Source: Vicugna vicugna (Eukaryota). Taken from it: a stretch of DNA of 64,000 nucleotides. The notes beneath the pieces are model-generated. The model saw only the letters and a program-made list of their open reading frames with translations. It did not search any database and was not told the origin of the DNA. Location: NCBI GenBank assembly GCA_013265495.1, contig MU057416.1, positions 1,482,545 to 1,546,544 of the forward strand. Direction: 5' to 3'. The translations under genes were made by a program, and so were the position numbers. Positions 23,115-35,699 of the stretch are shown piece after piece. Each line of letters starts with the position of its first letter. Position 1 is the stretch's first letter.

Positions 23115-25090
23115 AAACTTCTCTGTGAAGCTTTTGATTTCTCCAGCAGATCTGAGCGAGAGCCTTGCTGGGGAGTGTTCTTGGTTGTAAGTTTCCCCCC
23201 TCATCACTTTAAATGTCGTGCCACTCCCTTCTGGCCTGCAGTTCTGCTGGAAAACCAGCTTATGGGAGTTCCCTTGTGTGTTATTTGTTGCTCTTCTCTT
23301 GCTGATTTTAATATTTTGTCCTTATCCTTAATTTTTGTCAATTTGATGACTATGTGCCTCGGTGTGTTCCTCTTTGGGTTGATCCTGTGTGGTACTCTCT
23401 GTGCTTCCTGGACTTGGGTGACTGTTTCCTTTCCCAAGATGGGGAAGTTTTCAGTGATTATCTCTCCAAAATTTTTCTCAGGTCCTTTCTCTCTCTCTCT
23501 CCTCTTTCTGGGACCCCTATAATGCGAATCTTAGTGTTCTTCATGTTGTCCCAGAGTTCTCTTAAATTATCCTCATTTCTTTTCATTCTTTTTCCTTTTT
23601 TCTGTTCAACAGTAGTGATTTCTACTAATCTGTCTTCTAGCTCACTGATCTGTTCTTCTGCCTCATTTAGTCTATTCTTGGTTCCTTCTAGTGTTATTCA
23701 TTTCAGTGATTTTATTCTTCAACTGTTTTGGTATTCTTTGTATTTTCCAGCTCTTTGCTAAAAATTTTGCTCTGTGCATCTGTACTCCTCTTGAGTTCTC
23801 TGAACATCTTGGCCATCATTATTTTAAACTCTTTCTCAGATAAACGGCCTATCTCCTCATCACTTAGTTCTTCGTGTGGGATTTTACCTTGTGCCTTGGC
23901 CTGGGAGATAATCCTTTGCTGCCTCATATTGTCTTTTTTCTTTTTTTTTAAGGTGAGTTGGTTACTTTCTTGACCTTGGAGAGGTGGCCCTCTGGGGAGA
24001 CATCCTATGTGTCCCAGCAGTACACTCCTCTCTTGTCACCCAAGGGTCAGGGTCCAGCCGGTCCCAGGGCAGAGTCTGGCCTGTTTTTGTGGATTCCTTT
24101 CACAGGCTTTGCGATGTTGTTTTCTTATTTCTGGTATCTGCCCCTGGTGGATGAGGCTGGACTAGATGCTTATGCAGGGTTCCTGGCAGGAGGAGCCAGT
24201 GCCTGCCCACTGCTGGGTGAAGCTTGGTCCTGGACCTCTGGTGGGTAGGGTCCTGTCTAGAGGCCTTTGTGGCTCAGGAGGTCTGCTGATGGGTGAGGCT
24301 GTGCTCCCACCCTCTATGTTGTTTGGCCTGAGGCTTCCCTACAGGCTGTTGGGTAGCACTAGGTCTTGGTGCTAATGAGCAAACCAAGACGTCAGCCTCC
24401 AGGAAAGCTCATGTAGATGAACACTACCGGAATGTCTGCCACCAGCTTTTATGTCCCCTGGGTGAGCCGCAGCCATCCCTTATGTCCCCTGGAGATCCTC
24501 CAAAACCAGCAGGAAGGCCTCGACCATATTCCTATGAAATCACTGCCTCTGCCCTTGGACCTGGTCCACATGAGATTCTCTGTAAACTCTTTAAGAGTGA
24601 AGCCTCTGTTTCCCGCAGTCCCGTGGGGCTCCTGGAGCTAAGCCCCAATGGCCTTCAAAACCAGATGTCCTGGGGTCTCCTCCCAGAGCCAGAACCCTGG
24701 GCTGGGGGGCCTGACGTGGGGCTCAGAACTCTCACTCCTGTGGGAGGGCCTCTGCGGCTTAATCATTCAGCTTGTGGGTCACCCACCTGGGGTGTATGGG
24801 GCCTGACTATATCGGGAGCACATCTCTCCGACCTCCTGCCATGGCTCCCTCTGCTTCCAGTTGCAGATTTTTCTCGGCAGGCCCGGGGCAGGTTCCAGGC
24901 AGGCTCCAGGCAGGCTCCAGGCAGGCCCCAGGCAGGTTCCAGGCAGGCTCCAGGCAGGCCCCGGGCAGGTTCCAGGCTTTCTCACTGACAGCTGTCCAGC
25001 AGTCGGCTGTGGCTCTGTTGTGTCCGTGGGAGGAGGCGAGCTCGTGTCCCTACTACTCACTCATCTTGACCGGAAATCTGAGCAGCCCAC
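23115..25090 (-). mobile_element. L1 5' portion (5'UTR-like region plus disrupted ORF1), 3'-truncated
   Basis: Minus-strand ORF fragments MGKETVTQVQEAQRVPHRINPKRNTPRHIVIKLTKIKDKDKILKSAREEQQITHKGTPI and MRQQRIISQAK...LSEKEFKIMMAKMFREL are recognisable L1 ORF1p, broken by frameshifts. No ORF2 follows. Confidence 0.88.
24876..24977. repeat. 11-bp minisatellite (GGCAGGYYCCA) x9
   Basis: Units: ggcaggcccgg, ggcaggttcca, ggcaggctcca, ggcaggctcca, ggcaggcccca, ggcaggttcca, ggcaggctcca, ggcaggccccg, ggcaggttcca. Confidence 0.95.
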
Positions 25091-25394
25091 GTTAAACAGA
25101 AAATAAATTTATGTTTACCCAGCTGAAAGGAAAAGTGAGAAAGAAAAGATTACTTCATGCTTCCTTTAAAAGGAGCACTGACCACGTCTCCCCTTTTTTT
25201 ATCATTTGTTTTCTTCCTAACACTCACTGATTCAACAATCACCCAGGTGCCAGCGTGCGTGCAGCACAGTGTGCGTCAAACACAACAAGCACCATTGGAG
25301 TCGGACGCCTGGCTGTGCAGGTTTCCGGTTCTGACAGTAGCTACAAGGGATATATATTGAAAAAAAAATTTTTTCAGAGAGAATAATTTTTAAT

Positions 25395-25400
25395 TTTATT
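25395..25400 (-). terminator. DDX59: DDX59 distal polyadenylation signal (AATAAA)
   Basis: tttatt on + strand, with adjacent ATTAAA variants, ~220 nt after the stop codon. Confidence 0.6.
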
Positions 25401-25535
25401 TAGTAATTCACTTTCTGACGCTGTTTTTAATTTCTGAAAATTAAACAGGAAAATAAATACAACATTTCTGTATAAATTGACAGCCTATTAAAATTTTTAA
25501 ATCATGTTAATTTTTTGCTTCCTGTACATGTCTCA

Positions 25536-25541
25536 TTTATT
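25536..25541 (-). terminator. DDX59: DDX59 proximal polyadenylation signal (AATAAA)
   Basis: tttatt on + strand, ~75 nt after the stop codon. Confidence 0.55.
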
Positions 25542-25616
25542 GAAACCAAACGGCAATACTGCACAGACATTTCACTGACAAGACACAATAAAAACTATTC
25601 AAAGTGGGACAACAAA

Positions 25617-25880
25617 TCATCTTTGAGAATTACTCTTATCATGTTTTCTAATAATGTCCATGAGATTAGCTCCTGTGACCAGATCACTCTGAGTCCGTCT
25701 GTCTCTCTGCTGTTCCTTCCTCTTCTGCTCGTGAAGGTAAGGCGAATTCAGCAGCTGCGGGGGGAGCAGGGAGCCCGTGGGCCCCACGCGCTTCGCAACA
25801 TCCCAGAAGAGCCTTTTCGAGCTGTTGTTGATGAAAGTAATGGCTGTTCCGCTCTGACCTAATCTCCCCACTCTTCCAAT
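25617..25880 (-). CDS. DDX59: DDX59 last coding exon (exon 8)
   Basis: Acceptor catttcatttcag|ATT; 264 nt. Encodes [19 protein letters not shown]...[13 protein letters not shown], completing helicase motif VI (HQIGRVGR). TGA at 25617-25619. Confidence 0.96.
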   Translation of the reverse strand: MGRVGRLGQSGTAITFINNSSKRLFWDVAKRVGPTGSLLPPQLLNSPYLHEQKRKEQQRDRRTQSDLVTGANLMDIIRKHDKSNSQR

Positions 25881-26153
25881 CTGAAATGAAATGCAAAGGA
25901 CATTTTCAAAACGACCAAGATTACAAAATCTTAACGTCTCTCAAAAGAAAATGACGACGGGTATGTAAAGAGGCTTCGCTAAGATTAACATTCCCTCAGG
26001 AGCACTTTCTGTGCTGTGCATCTCAGCATGTCTGTGCGACCAACGTCGTGGGCGGCCGCGGGGATATGTTTAGGGAAACAGCCCAAAAAGCACATAAGAA
26101 AATGACCACATACAATAGAAGTAGTGTCGTTTGTGAAGCTTGTGTTTCAGTCC

Positions 26154-26175
26154 TGTGTGTGTGTGTGTGTGTGTG
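26154..26175. repeat. (TG)n microsatellite
   Basis: Direct read. Confidence 0.9.
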
Positions 26176-26439
26176 AGTGTAGGGGGGTAATGACGCAAAG
26201 GTGCTTCTTAGTCTACACTCGGATTATTTAAATAAATAGATGGCTCCTGCCAATATGCAGAACATCTTTAACGTTGTAAAAGAAGAAACCGCTAACAAAG
26301 TGGAGGGCGGCCTGCAGGGAGCCATACTGGGCAGAAGGAAATGCTGTTTTTCCGTATCAGCTTTTACTGCCACCTGATTTATTTAGCCATGTTACTGAGT
26401 TGTTCCAATAAAACTAAAAATAAATATAAAAAACAGCTG

Positions 26440-27310
26440 CAGCTCACAGACTGGGAGAAAAGATTTGCAAATCATGTATCTGACAAGGGTCACCTAGAAT
26501 CCATAAAGACCTTTCACAACTCAAAACGACAACCCAGTTTAAAAACGGGTAAAGGATTTAAGCAGACGTTTCTCCAAAGACACACAAACGGCCCACGAGC
26601 ACACGAGATGAGGCCCCACGTCACTGCTCACCGGGGAGATGAAGACCAGAAGCACCCCATACCCCCTAGCTCGGCCAGACTGAGAACGACGGATAACGTA
26701 ACTGCTGAAGAGGATGTGGAGAAGCCGGAACCTCACAGTCTGCAGGTGGGGATGTAAACTGAGAAGCCAAATCTGAAAACAGTCTGGTGGTTCCTCAAAA
26801 TGTTCAACATGGAGCCACTGTGTGAGCTGGCAGCTCCGCTCCTAGGCGTCTGCTGACAGCAGTGAAAACACGTGTCCACGTGAAGGCCTGTCCCTGAATG
26901 TTCACAGCAGCATGACTGTAGCAGCCAAAGACTGGGGACAACCTAGACGTCCAGGAACGAGGGAATGGACACACAAACACGGTATGGCCTCACAACGGGC
27001 TGTTACTCGGCAATAAAATGCTGCAGCACGGGTGAGCCTGGCAAATGGTACGCTCAGTGGAAGCACATCATCACCAAAGAGCACATACTGTGCGGCCGCA
27101 TTCACTTGAAAGCCCAGCAGAGAGAAATCCAGGGACAGAAAGTGGGGCAGTGGCTGCCTAAGGCTGAGGGCGTGTGTGTGCGATGGGGAACGGCCTGGGG
27201 TTTCTTCCTGGGGAAACGAAAATTTTCTAAAACTGACTGAATGGCTGTACCACCCTACGAATACACTAAAAACCAATCAACTGCACACTTTAAACTGGTG
27301 AACTGTAAGC
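26440..27310 (+). mobile_element. Old L1 3' fragment, strongly GC/CpG-shifted
   Basis: cagactgggagaaaagatttgcaaatcatgtatctgacaagg...gaggatgtggagaagccggaacc...gaaaacagtctggtggttcctcaaaatgtt...tgcacactttaaactggtgaactgta. Confidence 0.85.
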
Positions 27311-28994
27311 ACGTGCACGGTACCTGTGGAGACATAACTGACGCTAGACATTTCACACCGAGATACAAAGCTCCGGAAAAAACCACCGCGGTAGTCTCCA
27401 GATTTGGAAAGACTTCTCAGCTATGTCAACAATATAAAATCATGTCCCCAGAAGCGTGCCACCCCTAAAATTAACGAGCAGACTCGTGGGAACACGTACT
27501 ATACTTTTAAATACCCATGCCATCTGACCCAGCGGCTTCCCCACCAGAAACCTCCCACAGACACGCCTGCAGGAGAGGCGCCGGGGCCGCGTGCGTGCGT
27601 GTCACCGCAGCGCTGCGCGGCAGCAATACGGCGGGAACATGACTGTCTGGCAGTAAAGGATTTGTTACATAAATCAAGCGCATCCACACAACACACAGCA
27701 TGGAGCCACCGTAACAGAACAAGCCGGAACCAACAATGAAGACACAAGAGCTCAGAACCAGCCTGGCCCAGACTCAACTCATGTTAACACTGATTAAGTG
27801 GGACCTGGTGTGTGCGCTGAGAAGGAAAGACGTCTCAGAGACACAGACGCCCAGAACTGTGGTGTAACGTGGTCCCATTTACGTGGGAAGTGCGACAGGG
27901 TGTGCACGTCACCTGGGTGTCTGTGCACACACACGTGCGCTTACGGCCTCTGCTGTGTTACCTGTGGGGCCACTCGCAGGCAGGAGGGCCGTCGTGCAGA
28001 CTGACTCCGTTTTGTGTCTTCTGTTATTGGCATGGCTTGTTACTATGTGTGTGTACTTCAATTATTAAAACAAAAAACACCCAAAGACAGAACTAGAAGA
28101 GCAGAAGGCCAGAGCCACTCTGAGCAGAGGCAAGAAGCCCTACAAGTGCCAACACCCCCCAGGCCACTGTGCATCACGGCGCGGGCCTGTGGGTCACCGC
28201 CCAGCCCAGGCCCGACCCTGCGACAGCAAGAAACGGCCAAGTAACTGTAACCAGCACGCTCCAAGGTGTAAAGATGCTTCTTCAGTATTTTAGTATTTTA
28301 GAAAGATTTCCATCCAGAATTATTACATTGAAGGTTCGAAAGAAAATCAGCTTCGGTTACTGGAACAATCAAGTCCTGTGGAATACTCAAATCCCCGACG
28401 CACAGGTAAGTGAGAGAAAGAAAAGAGAGGGGGCCGCCTGCTAGAGTGAGTCTCAGTAAAACAAAGCCACAGTGCAGCCAGGTGCCAGCTGCGTTTCAGG
28501 GGTGACCCCAGGAGATGGGACACCCAGAGTGGCTGTAAGGACCTCAGAGGAGGCTTCACTTCAAGTGTCTGTAAGCGACGCCGGAGGAGGAGCCGGGCGG
28601 CCGGCGGTCAGTGAGATAACGCGGCTCGAGGGCGGGCTCTGTCCTGCCAGGAAGCGGAGCCACTGCGATCTCCGGCAGCACAGGAACTTTACAAGGTGAA
28701 AGAGCAAATAAGGATACGGAGCGAGGTAAGACTCGACTCCTAAGACACAGCTACTTCAACGGATCGGTTTTACTTTGGCCAGAGGCCGCAGCTTAGGAAC
28801 CTTTTTAACAAAGCCCCCTTCTTTTGACTACAAAAGCCATCTGATACGCTCATTAAGGAAAACAGAAAATATAAAGAAAATAAAACTAAGCCAAAAACGA
28901 ACTACTTACATTTTTAAAAACATTTTAGGTTATTATTTCCAACTAATTTGTAATGCAGTCCGGGCATCCATACAGTTTTGAAAAAAGTAATTTA

Positions 28995-29291
<297 letters not shown>

Positions 29292-29779
29292 TTACTCAGG
29301 GTTTCTCTTACGTGGTTTTATGTAACTAGATTACCCTTTCCTTCTCCACACCTTCCTCCGTCCTGCCGCTGCACCTTATCTGCAGGAAGTGAAGGGCTCA
29401 GTACACCTGAGAAACGCATGGCACTTAACTTCCTTCTGACTTCACCCCCTCGCCCCCGCCAAGAACGTTTGCTATTAATTTATTAACCTTTTCCAAAGGT
29501 GAGCTACTGCTCTGCCCCAGCCCAGAGTGACCTAATTCCAGAAACGACGGCTTGGGAATCACTCAGCAACGTAGTGGATGACCCCTAGGAGCACTGTTCT
29601 TGCCCCCAAAACACAGCAGCCTGAGCAGGAGGAGCGAGAGACCGCAGTCACTGCTCGCCTGGCGTCCTCGCGGCCACTGAGAAGGGGCTGCCTTAAAACA
29701 GCTGGCAACACAGTGATTCCTGAAAACGAGGCAAAACAGATTCACAGCAAAGAGAAGCGAGCAGAATGCCGTGTCAGAC

Positions 29780-29932
29780 CTTCAGCACGTGTCTCCTTTC
29801 GGTCTGTGACTTCTCCGAGTGCACAGACGTGCTTCTTAGGCCTGTGATTTTCTCAACTGCCTCGCTCAGCAGATCTGCTCCCAGCTTGCAGTCCACAAAC
29901 ACCAGCACTGGAGGCCTGAAGAGCTTCTTATC
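29780..29932 (-). CDS. DDX59: DDX59 exon 6
   Basis: Acceptor aatttttcag|GAT, donor AAG|gtctga; 153 nt. Encodes [22 protein letters not shown]...[13 protein letters not shown] (motif IV). Confidence 0.95.
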
Positions 29933-30239
29933 CTGAAAAATTAAAAACATGTATTTGAAACGATTCACACAACATGATTTATGGATGTTTTTCTGGAAGC
30001 ATTGGTATAAGCCACTTATCAAGAGGTTTATCAATAGTGTTCAGAAGGGAAAAAGGCAGCTTCTGTTAAAATGCACACACAGTGGGGAGGTGCCAAGAAG
30101 GCGGAGGACAGTCTCACAGCTCCCCTCCTCCCACAAACACACCGAGAATTACACCCACAAACCCACAGGCCCGCACAAAGCCCACTGAGCTCCGGCAGAC
30201 AGTCTCTCACTTCGAAATACAGGAGAATTCTCGCAAAAT

Positions 30240-30422
30240 CCAATGAACAACAAGTTTATACAGCACAGAACAGGGAACTACATCCAGTATCTCGTAGTAA
30301 CTTACGGTGAAAAAGAAAATGAAAACAAATACATGTATGTTGTGAATGACTGAAGCACTGTGCTGTACACCAGAAACTGACACATTGTAAACTTCAATAA
30401 AAATACACGCCAAGAAAAAAAA
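30240..30422 (+). mobile_element. L1 3' terminus (younger, lineage-type)
   Basis: aacaacaagtttatacagcacagaacagggaactacatccagtatc...gtgctgtacaccagaaactgacacattgtaaacttcaataaaa; same family as 61365-61592. Confidence 0.85.
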
Positions 30423-30986
30423 TATGCACAGAGAGAAGCCAAATGCTGGACAGCCCTCCATGTTTCTCCGCCACATCATTAATCTTGCAAAAACAATTCT
30501 AAAACTTCAAGTGCAATTTATAATTTCTAATACTGTTCATAAGTCAATACAAACTATATTTAACTTAATACTGTATTTTTAAGTAACTTTGCATGTACAT
30601 ACTATTGACTTGAAAATTTTCTGCTTAAGCCAGTTAGTGTTAAAAAGCCCTATTTCTCAAGGACAGAGGCACAGCCAGCAAGGAATTTGTCTTTACCTTA
30701 TCCATAAAGCTACTAAAAACTTTTGAAACAAAAAAATTCTTCAGCAATAATCTTAATACTTAAATGCCTTTCTATAATAAGGAAAAAGAAAACAACCCTG
30801 CGTCTACACCGCGTTTTCACAAGTAAGAATTTGTTTGGACCCTAGAGAATTCTGAAGTAAGGAAAGCAGTTTATTATCAAATACCGACACCAGCTCCCCC
30901 GAAGCTGCAGCTAACAGACACTCTCTCAAGGACGAGGGACTTGCAAACCCGATCGACAGAGTAGGGCTGGCCACGCCACCACTCAC

Positions 30987-31238
30987 GTTTAAGATTTCGA
31001 ACAGTTTCTTCTTTTTGGCGGGGTCTTCCACCCACAGAACAATCTGGCGCACGCTGGCGCAGGGCAGGTTCTTCTCCCCAGCGACAATTCTCACGGGGTC
31101 ATGCAGAAGCTGGCCAGCCAGCTGCTCGATGCTAGCGGGAATCGTAGCCGACACCAGGACGGTCTGACAGTCATGAGGAACGTTTTCCAAGATGTCAAAC
31201 ACTTGCTGCTGGAAGCCCATCTTTAACATGGTATCGGC
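30987..31238 (-). CDS. DDX59: DDX59 exon 5
   Basis: Acceptor ttttatttcag|GCC, donor AAC|gtgagt; 252 nt. Encodes [13 protein letters not shown]...VSATIP...KKLFEILN (second half of DEAD, SAT motif III). Confidence 0.96.
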
Positions 31239-31339
31239 CTGAAATAAAACCATTTTCAAGTTAGTCCCGCTAGTCGTGAAGACCCAGAGCCACCCAAGAA
31301 AAGGCTGATACAGTTAAGAACATAAAATAATCAGGCGAC

Positions 31340-31460
31340 GGGAGGGCACCGCTCAGTGGTAGAGCGTGTGCTTAGCACATACCAGGTCCTGGGTTCAGGC
31401 CCCAGCACCTCTGTTACAAAATACTAAATAAATAAATTAACCTGATTACCTCACCCCAAC
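31340..31460 (+). mobile_element. Vic-1-like SINE
   Basis: ggagggcaccgctcagtggtagagcgtgtgcttagcacataccaggtcctgggttcagg...aacctgattacctcacccc. Confidence 0.88.
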
Positions 31461-32627
31461 AATAACAAAAAAACCATAAAAAATCAAAAACTCTTTACAC
31501 AGAAAAACATACCACAACATCAAAAGACAAAAGATTAGCTGGTAAAATATATATCTCTACAAATTTACACATGAAAATACTGCAGAGAGAGGCGGGTGTG
31601 AGCCAAGTCTGTCCAAGGGCCATCCCCAGGCTCCTGAGAAGGGAGACCTCGAGGACACGGGCTTGTCGACAAAGGGAAGCCCCGTCACACGGTCAGGGGT
31701 GCAGTGATCATAACCCGGGGTGAGCGGGTCCACTGACAGCCAGGCCAGGAAAACAGACTTAGCAGCACTATTTAAAGGACTGAGTAATATTATTCTACAT
31801 TTATAGGGGACTTTGCAGTCTGAGACGTCTTCACAGTCATGACTTCATCCTTGCCATGAAATGACCGGCCCAAGGTCTCACAGCAGGTGAGGTAGAGGCT
31901 CAAAGCCCCCTCTTGGGGGTCTTCCTCCACACCCTCTGGCATCCCACTGCGACTTACTGGGGTCACGGAAGGAGGCCTGGCTGCCATCAGCGGTCAGCAC
32001 CTGGCGCCCAGGTTCCTGGGTGCTGGGTAACACCAGGCGTCTGCCACGTCACTGCCAGCAGGTCGCGTGTGCAGGCAGGACGGCCGACACGTGGCTCTGT
32101 GTCCTCATGCTCGTCCACGGGGTGGAGTGTCATCAGATAATAACACATGCACTTCCTATCAAGCATGCCCAAAGTATAAAAGTGCCTGCTTGCTCTATGT
32201 GACACAGAAAAGTCACAACCACAGACACCGGTGTCCACACAGAAAAACAAGTCATCAGGCTACACGTCGTTAACTACTCCCCAAATTCCTGCTCACAGCC
32301 ATCTGCCACCGATGCTTTTTTTTTTGCAGACAAACGACAGGCAGCATGTTTGAAAAACTTATCACTGAGAATACAGTACACCCGCTGAATTTACGTTTTC
32401 CATCAATTAGTAAAAGACAGCCCCGCTGTAAATTAAGTGCCCCGTACCCGGGTTCTGCTGCGCTGTTACACTGGAACCAGCTTAGGAACCACCACTGCCA
32501 ATTAAAAAAAAATCCCCGCGTTGTTTTCCTTTTGGGGAGAAAATGCCTGAACACACAATGCAATTATATAACTATGAACGCTTTTCCTGAATTACATAAA
32601 CTTACATTTTTAAACACCACTACTTAC

Positions 32628-32717
32628 TTCATCTACCACTACGATCTTCACACTGCCAAGTTCCACAGAGCTCTGCTTTATTATATCCAGAAGTCGCCCG
32701 GGAGTTGCTATGATAAC
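32628..32717 (-). CDS. DDX59: DDX59 exon 4
   Basis: Acceptor ctcttttattcag|GTT, donor GAA|gtaagt; 90 nt. Encodes [30 protein letters not shown] (motif Ib TPGRL, first half of DEAD). Not shown in the ORF track. Confidence 0.96.
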
Positions 32718-32754
32718 CTGAATAAAAGAGAAAAAGCAAATTAGAAAATTAGAT

Positions 32755-32900
32755 AATGTTCATTCCTTCATTCACTTACTCATTCTGTACTTACTTGAGA
32801 GGCTATTTGCCAGATACTGTGTTAAGTACTTGGACTCAACGATGAGTAAGTCAGGCTTTGTCTCTGCTCTCATGAAAGTCATGACACACGGAAGGAGCAC
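32755..32900 (-). mobile_element. L2 LINE 3' relic
   Basis: ttcattccttcattcacttactcattc...tacttgagaggctatttgccagatactgtgttaagtacttgga, a typical L2 terminus. Confidence 0.6.
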
Positions 32901-35267
32901 AACAGTGCGAGCCCAGGGACCAGGACGGGGGGTCTGCCCAGTCCTGCTAAGACATAAGCCAACACCCGAAGGAGCAGTGGGGGCGAGCGAGGCAGGGTCC
33001 TGGGAGGGGAGGGCACCCGGGAAGGTGAGGCAGGGCGGTGAGGCTGGGGGGCCGGGAGACTGACGTGGGGGGCGGGCTGCAGGGAATGGCACAGGCCGAG
33101 GCCTGGGGACGAGGCTGGGGCCAGACCAGGAGGGCCTTCTGAGCATGCTGACCACTATCTGGCTCCGTGAACAAGTGCAAATTCCTCAACCTCTCTCCGT
33201 CTGCTGCTTCATTTTTAAATTAAGAGCCTGGGCACAATGACTTCTAAGGCTGATTAAGGCTCTTAACAATTTTCTAATATAGTCGTTGTGGTTAAAAGTA
33301 GGGGCTCTCGAGTCCAACAAACTTCAGCAGGGATGCTGGCGCCTGCATTTAATAACGGTGTCTGTTCTGTCCTCACAAAGTGGAAGGATCATAACAGCGA
33401 TGAGGCTAAGCGAGGCCGTGCCTGGGGTGACCTGGCAGAGTTACAAACCATCTAACGCGTTCAGCTGCACCCCCTTTCCAGGCACACACCAGCGTGATGG
33501 TGAGATGGCTGCGGTGATGACACGTCCGGGCTAGGGGTCTGTCCCCAGGACCTCAGACACCCACAAACAGTACATCAACTTCCATGACTGAAATGAGTTC
33601 CTCCTTCTCTTCCATTTTCCCCTCTGATGGCCTGGAAGGTATAAACTTATTTTTTCATTCTTTCAGTGCTTTCTCTTGAATTTCAACAAAAATATAACCT
33701 AATATAAAGTTAGTGGACACTTTTCCCTTGTTCTTAACCATCGAGGGCAACGCTGTAAGGCGACCCCACCTCTCCCGCACTCCCGTGCTCCTGCTGGCCG
33801 GTATCTACTGTGTTCCTGTCACCGTTCGCTCAGGCCGCCCCTGTCTGGCTGTGCCCGGTGCCCCATGTTGTCCTGGTGCACAGCTTCCTCCCACCCCCAC
33901 CTTCCCCTCTAGAATCTTCTTCATCTGCAGAACAGCCTGCTCTGGAAGCTCCTTTAGATGGTCCACTGGCAATAAACTCCCAGTTTTGTTCATCTGAGTG
34001 GGTCTTTGTTTTGCCCTCACTCTTGGAAGACAGCTCTGCTGAGCAGGCAGACGGCTGTTACTTTTTCCCCAGAGGGTGGGTGTCTGTGAGGCCGGGCACC
34101 GGGAGGGGATTCAAAGCAGGGCGGTGGGGGTTGGCAGGTGTGCAGGGTGGGGTCCAGGGAGGAAGGCCTCGCCGCGGGGGAGGGACAGTGGTGGCATCCA
34201 GGGGGGCTGGGCAAATAAACAGCTACGTACAGGACAATGGGCAGCAGGCTCCTCACTGCCAGAGCTAAAACAGAAAGCCGGACACGAGTCTGGGGATGAA
34301 TCAGAACTGGAGGATCAGCGTGAACACGCGGACTCGGACAAACGCAGACACAGAAATACACCCGCTTAGACGCCTGCCTCTCTTCACTGAGGCCCTGGAA
34401 GCGGTCACAGCTCAGCAGCAACGAGCCCAGGGAGACGCCGGGTCTCGGTTCTGAATGCTGCTCTGGACAGACAGCACCGGCCTGGCTCTGGGAGGAAGAG
34501 TCCCAGCCTGAGGCGGGGAAAGAGCGCAGTAAACGCCGGACCTCCCTTAGCAGGGAAGTAAGAGGTACTAGAAGGACAGGGCTAGGACAAAAGGACACAG
34601 AAACGGACATGAAGGTACTTCCGCTGGTCAGATTACAACCCTTTAAATACAACAGGGAGCCATGTGTCTGTGCTGATGCAGACACTAGGGAGGAAGTTTG
34701 GTGACGCTCGGTAAAGTCACAACCTGAAGTACCTCCCCCAAAATGCCTGCTCAATACAAAGGGCAAAAATAACTTTTACACTTACTCAGCAGTAAAAGGC
34801 CAAACTGAAAGGATGTAGTGGAAAGAACAAAGTGGCCTCCCGTGACGTTCCCGTCAGAGACGGGAATCCGATCCGCTGAGGGACGTCCCTCAGTAAGTGG
34901 CTTATAGTCCTCAAAAGGGCGAAGACCACGAGAAAAAAGGAAAGATCATTTGACGATGACAAGAGGGACAGGGCAGCTACACTCAATGAATAGCTCTGAA
35001 CTCTAGTCTGCTGCCAGGAAAGACACTGAGGGGACAATGAGCAAGACCTAAGGGTCCACAGCGGTGACGGCAACGCCAGCATCGGGAACTGGACTGTGAT
35101 CATGAAGGGTGACGTCCTGCTTTGTGGGAATCACACGCTGAAGTGTATCAGCCGTGGTCCTCAGACACAGCAGCCGGTGGGTGCTCCCGCAGCCCCTGGC
35201 GAACAGGAGGCACTCCATAAAGCGTGCTCCTTTCCTCCCAGAGGAAACAAACTCCAAGAATCTTAGG

Positions 35268-35420
35268 GTGGGGGCATGGTACAGCGCAGCGGTAGAGCGC
35301 ATGCTCAGCACACACAAGGTCCTGGGTTCAATCCCCGGTACCTCCTCTAAAAATAAATAAGTAAACCTAACTACCACCCCTGACAAAAGTAAAATAAACT
35401 TAATTTTAAAAAATTTAAAG
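35268..35420 (+). mobile_element. Vic-1-like SINE
   Basis: gtacagcgcagcggtagagcgcatgctcagcacacacaaggtcctgggttcaatccccggtacctcc...aaacctaactacc; degenerate TSD aagaatct on both sides. Confidence 0.9.
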
Positions 35421-35531
35421 AAAAAGAATCTAAAGGCTATCTAAAATCACACTCCAACTCCTCAAGGGAAAGCCTTAGCTCCTACGTTGCTCGCGACGCC
35501 CTTCAGGGACATTCCGCCAAAGGGAGCCCAC

Positions 35532-35699
35532 CTGGACGCGCTGGCGCAGGCGATGGCGCTGAGGCGGGGCGGGCAAGCCCCCCACGAGCAGAGCGGTCCT
35601 CATGCCCGGCAGCCCGCGCATCAGCTCCTTGGCCTGGCGCTCGATCTGGATGGCGAGCTCCCTCGTGGGGGTGAGGACCAGTGCGGACGGGGCCCGGCT
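35532..35699 (-). CDS. DDX59: DDX59 exon 3
   Basis: Acceptor ctgtctttgcag|AGC, donor CAG|gtgggc; 168 nt. Encodes [19 protein letters not shown]...LVGG...RQRVQ (motif Ia PTRELA, GG doublet). Confidence 0.96.

Noticed and set aside
24876..24977. CRISPR-like array or p53 response-element array
   Set aside because: No spacers, eukaryotic context. Units (AGGCAGGYYC) miss the CWWG core of p53 half-sites.
34017..34766. 249-aa minus-strand ORF in DDX59 intron 3
   Set aside because: No homology recognised; appears to be decayed repeat sequence in GC-rich context.
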